A DNA stretch of 63,717 bases, counting the filler, from Lama guanicoe (lineage: Eukaryota): assembly GCA_013239625.1 (NCBI GenBank). It is 74 parts of 74 records of this genome, joined end to end, with 100 filler letters (N's around TTAATTAATTAA, not from the genome) between each part and the next. Parts side by side here need not be neighbours in the genome. Positions count along the whole stretch, not along the records: positions 62,953 to 63,717 come from MU053894.1; 73 more parts are not named here. One strand, 5' to 3'. This document shows positions 62,953 through 63,717 of this stretch, piece by piece. The position numbers and the translations under genes were made by a program. Each line of letters begins with the position of its first letter. Within the stretch, counting starts at the first letter, position 1. The notes under the pieces are model-generated. The model was given only the letters and a program-made list of their open reading frames with translations. It was not told the origin of the DNA and searched no databases.

Positions 62953-63717
62953 CTTTGTATTTTTCATTCTATATTCTACATACGATATATAATCTAAAAA
63001 CCCTATTCAGTCTTCTGTATTCTATATTCTAAATTCTCTGTTGTGCACTGCATTTCCAACTTCTGGGTTCTATATTCGCTATTCATTTCTATATTTTTTG
63101 TTCTTCATTTTATATTGTACGTTCTATATTCTGTATTCCGTATTTTACATTCAATATTATGTTTTCTACATTCTATATTCTAAATTTTGTATTAAGAATT
63201 CTGTATTCTATAAACTAAATTCTGTGTTCTGATTCCATTTTTAATTCTGGGTTCTATATTAGCTTTTATATATTGTATAATTTGTGTTCTTCATTCTATA
63301 TTCTGTATTCTATATTCTACATTCCGTATTCTATATTCAATATTCTGTGTTCTACATTCTATATTCTAAATACTATATTAAGTATTCTGTNNNNNNNNNN
63401 NNNNNNCTAAATTCTGTGTTCTACATTCTATATTCTAAATACTATATTAAGTATTCTGTATTCTATATTCTAAATTCTGTGTTCTGCAATCCATGTTCTA
63501 AATTCTGGGTTTTGAATACTCTATTCTACATTCTATATTCTGTGTTCTACATTCAATATTCTAAATTCTTTATTCGGTATTATGTATACTGTATTCTAAA
63601 TTCTGTGTTCTGCATTCCATGATCTAAATTCGGGTTCTGTGTTTTGAATTCCATATTCAATATTTTTATTCTACATTCTATAATCTGTATTCTATATTTT
63701 ACATTCCGTGTTCTATA
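62953..63717. repeat. AT-rich 7-bp-based satellite (reverse orientation)
   Basis: ATATTCT periodicity. Confidence 0.95.

Overview
This window is not a contiguous locus. It is an artificial concatenation of 74 short (about 0.4-1.4 kb), gap-rich unplaced scaffolds joined by 73 identical 100-bp linkers (N44-TTAATTAATTAA-N44). The DNA is mammalian and very probably camelid, based on two Vic-1-type tRNA-derived SINEs. It is probably from a male, based on two HSFY copies. Much of it is satellite DNA of three classes: an AT-rich 7-bp-based (AGAATAT) satellite, a GC-rich 267-bp satellite with a diverged higher-order subfamily, and a ~248-bp satellite. The rest is LINE-1, L2, MIR, Tigger1, MaLR and ERV1-LTR fragments plus unique DNA. 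Gene fragments: a TRDV1-like T-cell receptor V exon with a perfect 23-RSS, an MHC class I exon 3/intron/exon 4 piece, two disrupted HSFY copies, an ANKRD26-family exon, a strongly diverged ADCY1-like exon with intact splice sites, and a degenerate unprocessed TXNDC5 exon 1. Adjacency between scaffolds has no biological meaning. I see no prokaryote-type system or CRISPR array. The best leads are the diverged duplicated genes, the satellite architecture and a tandem mini-exon CpG island. Gene identifications rest on recalled protein sequences and need BLAST confirmation.
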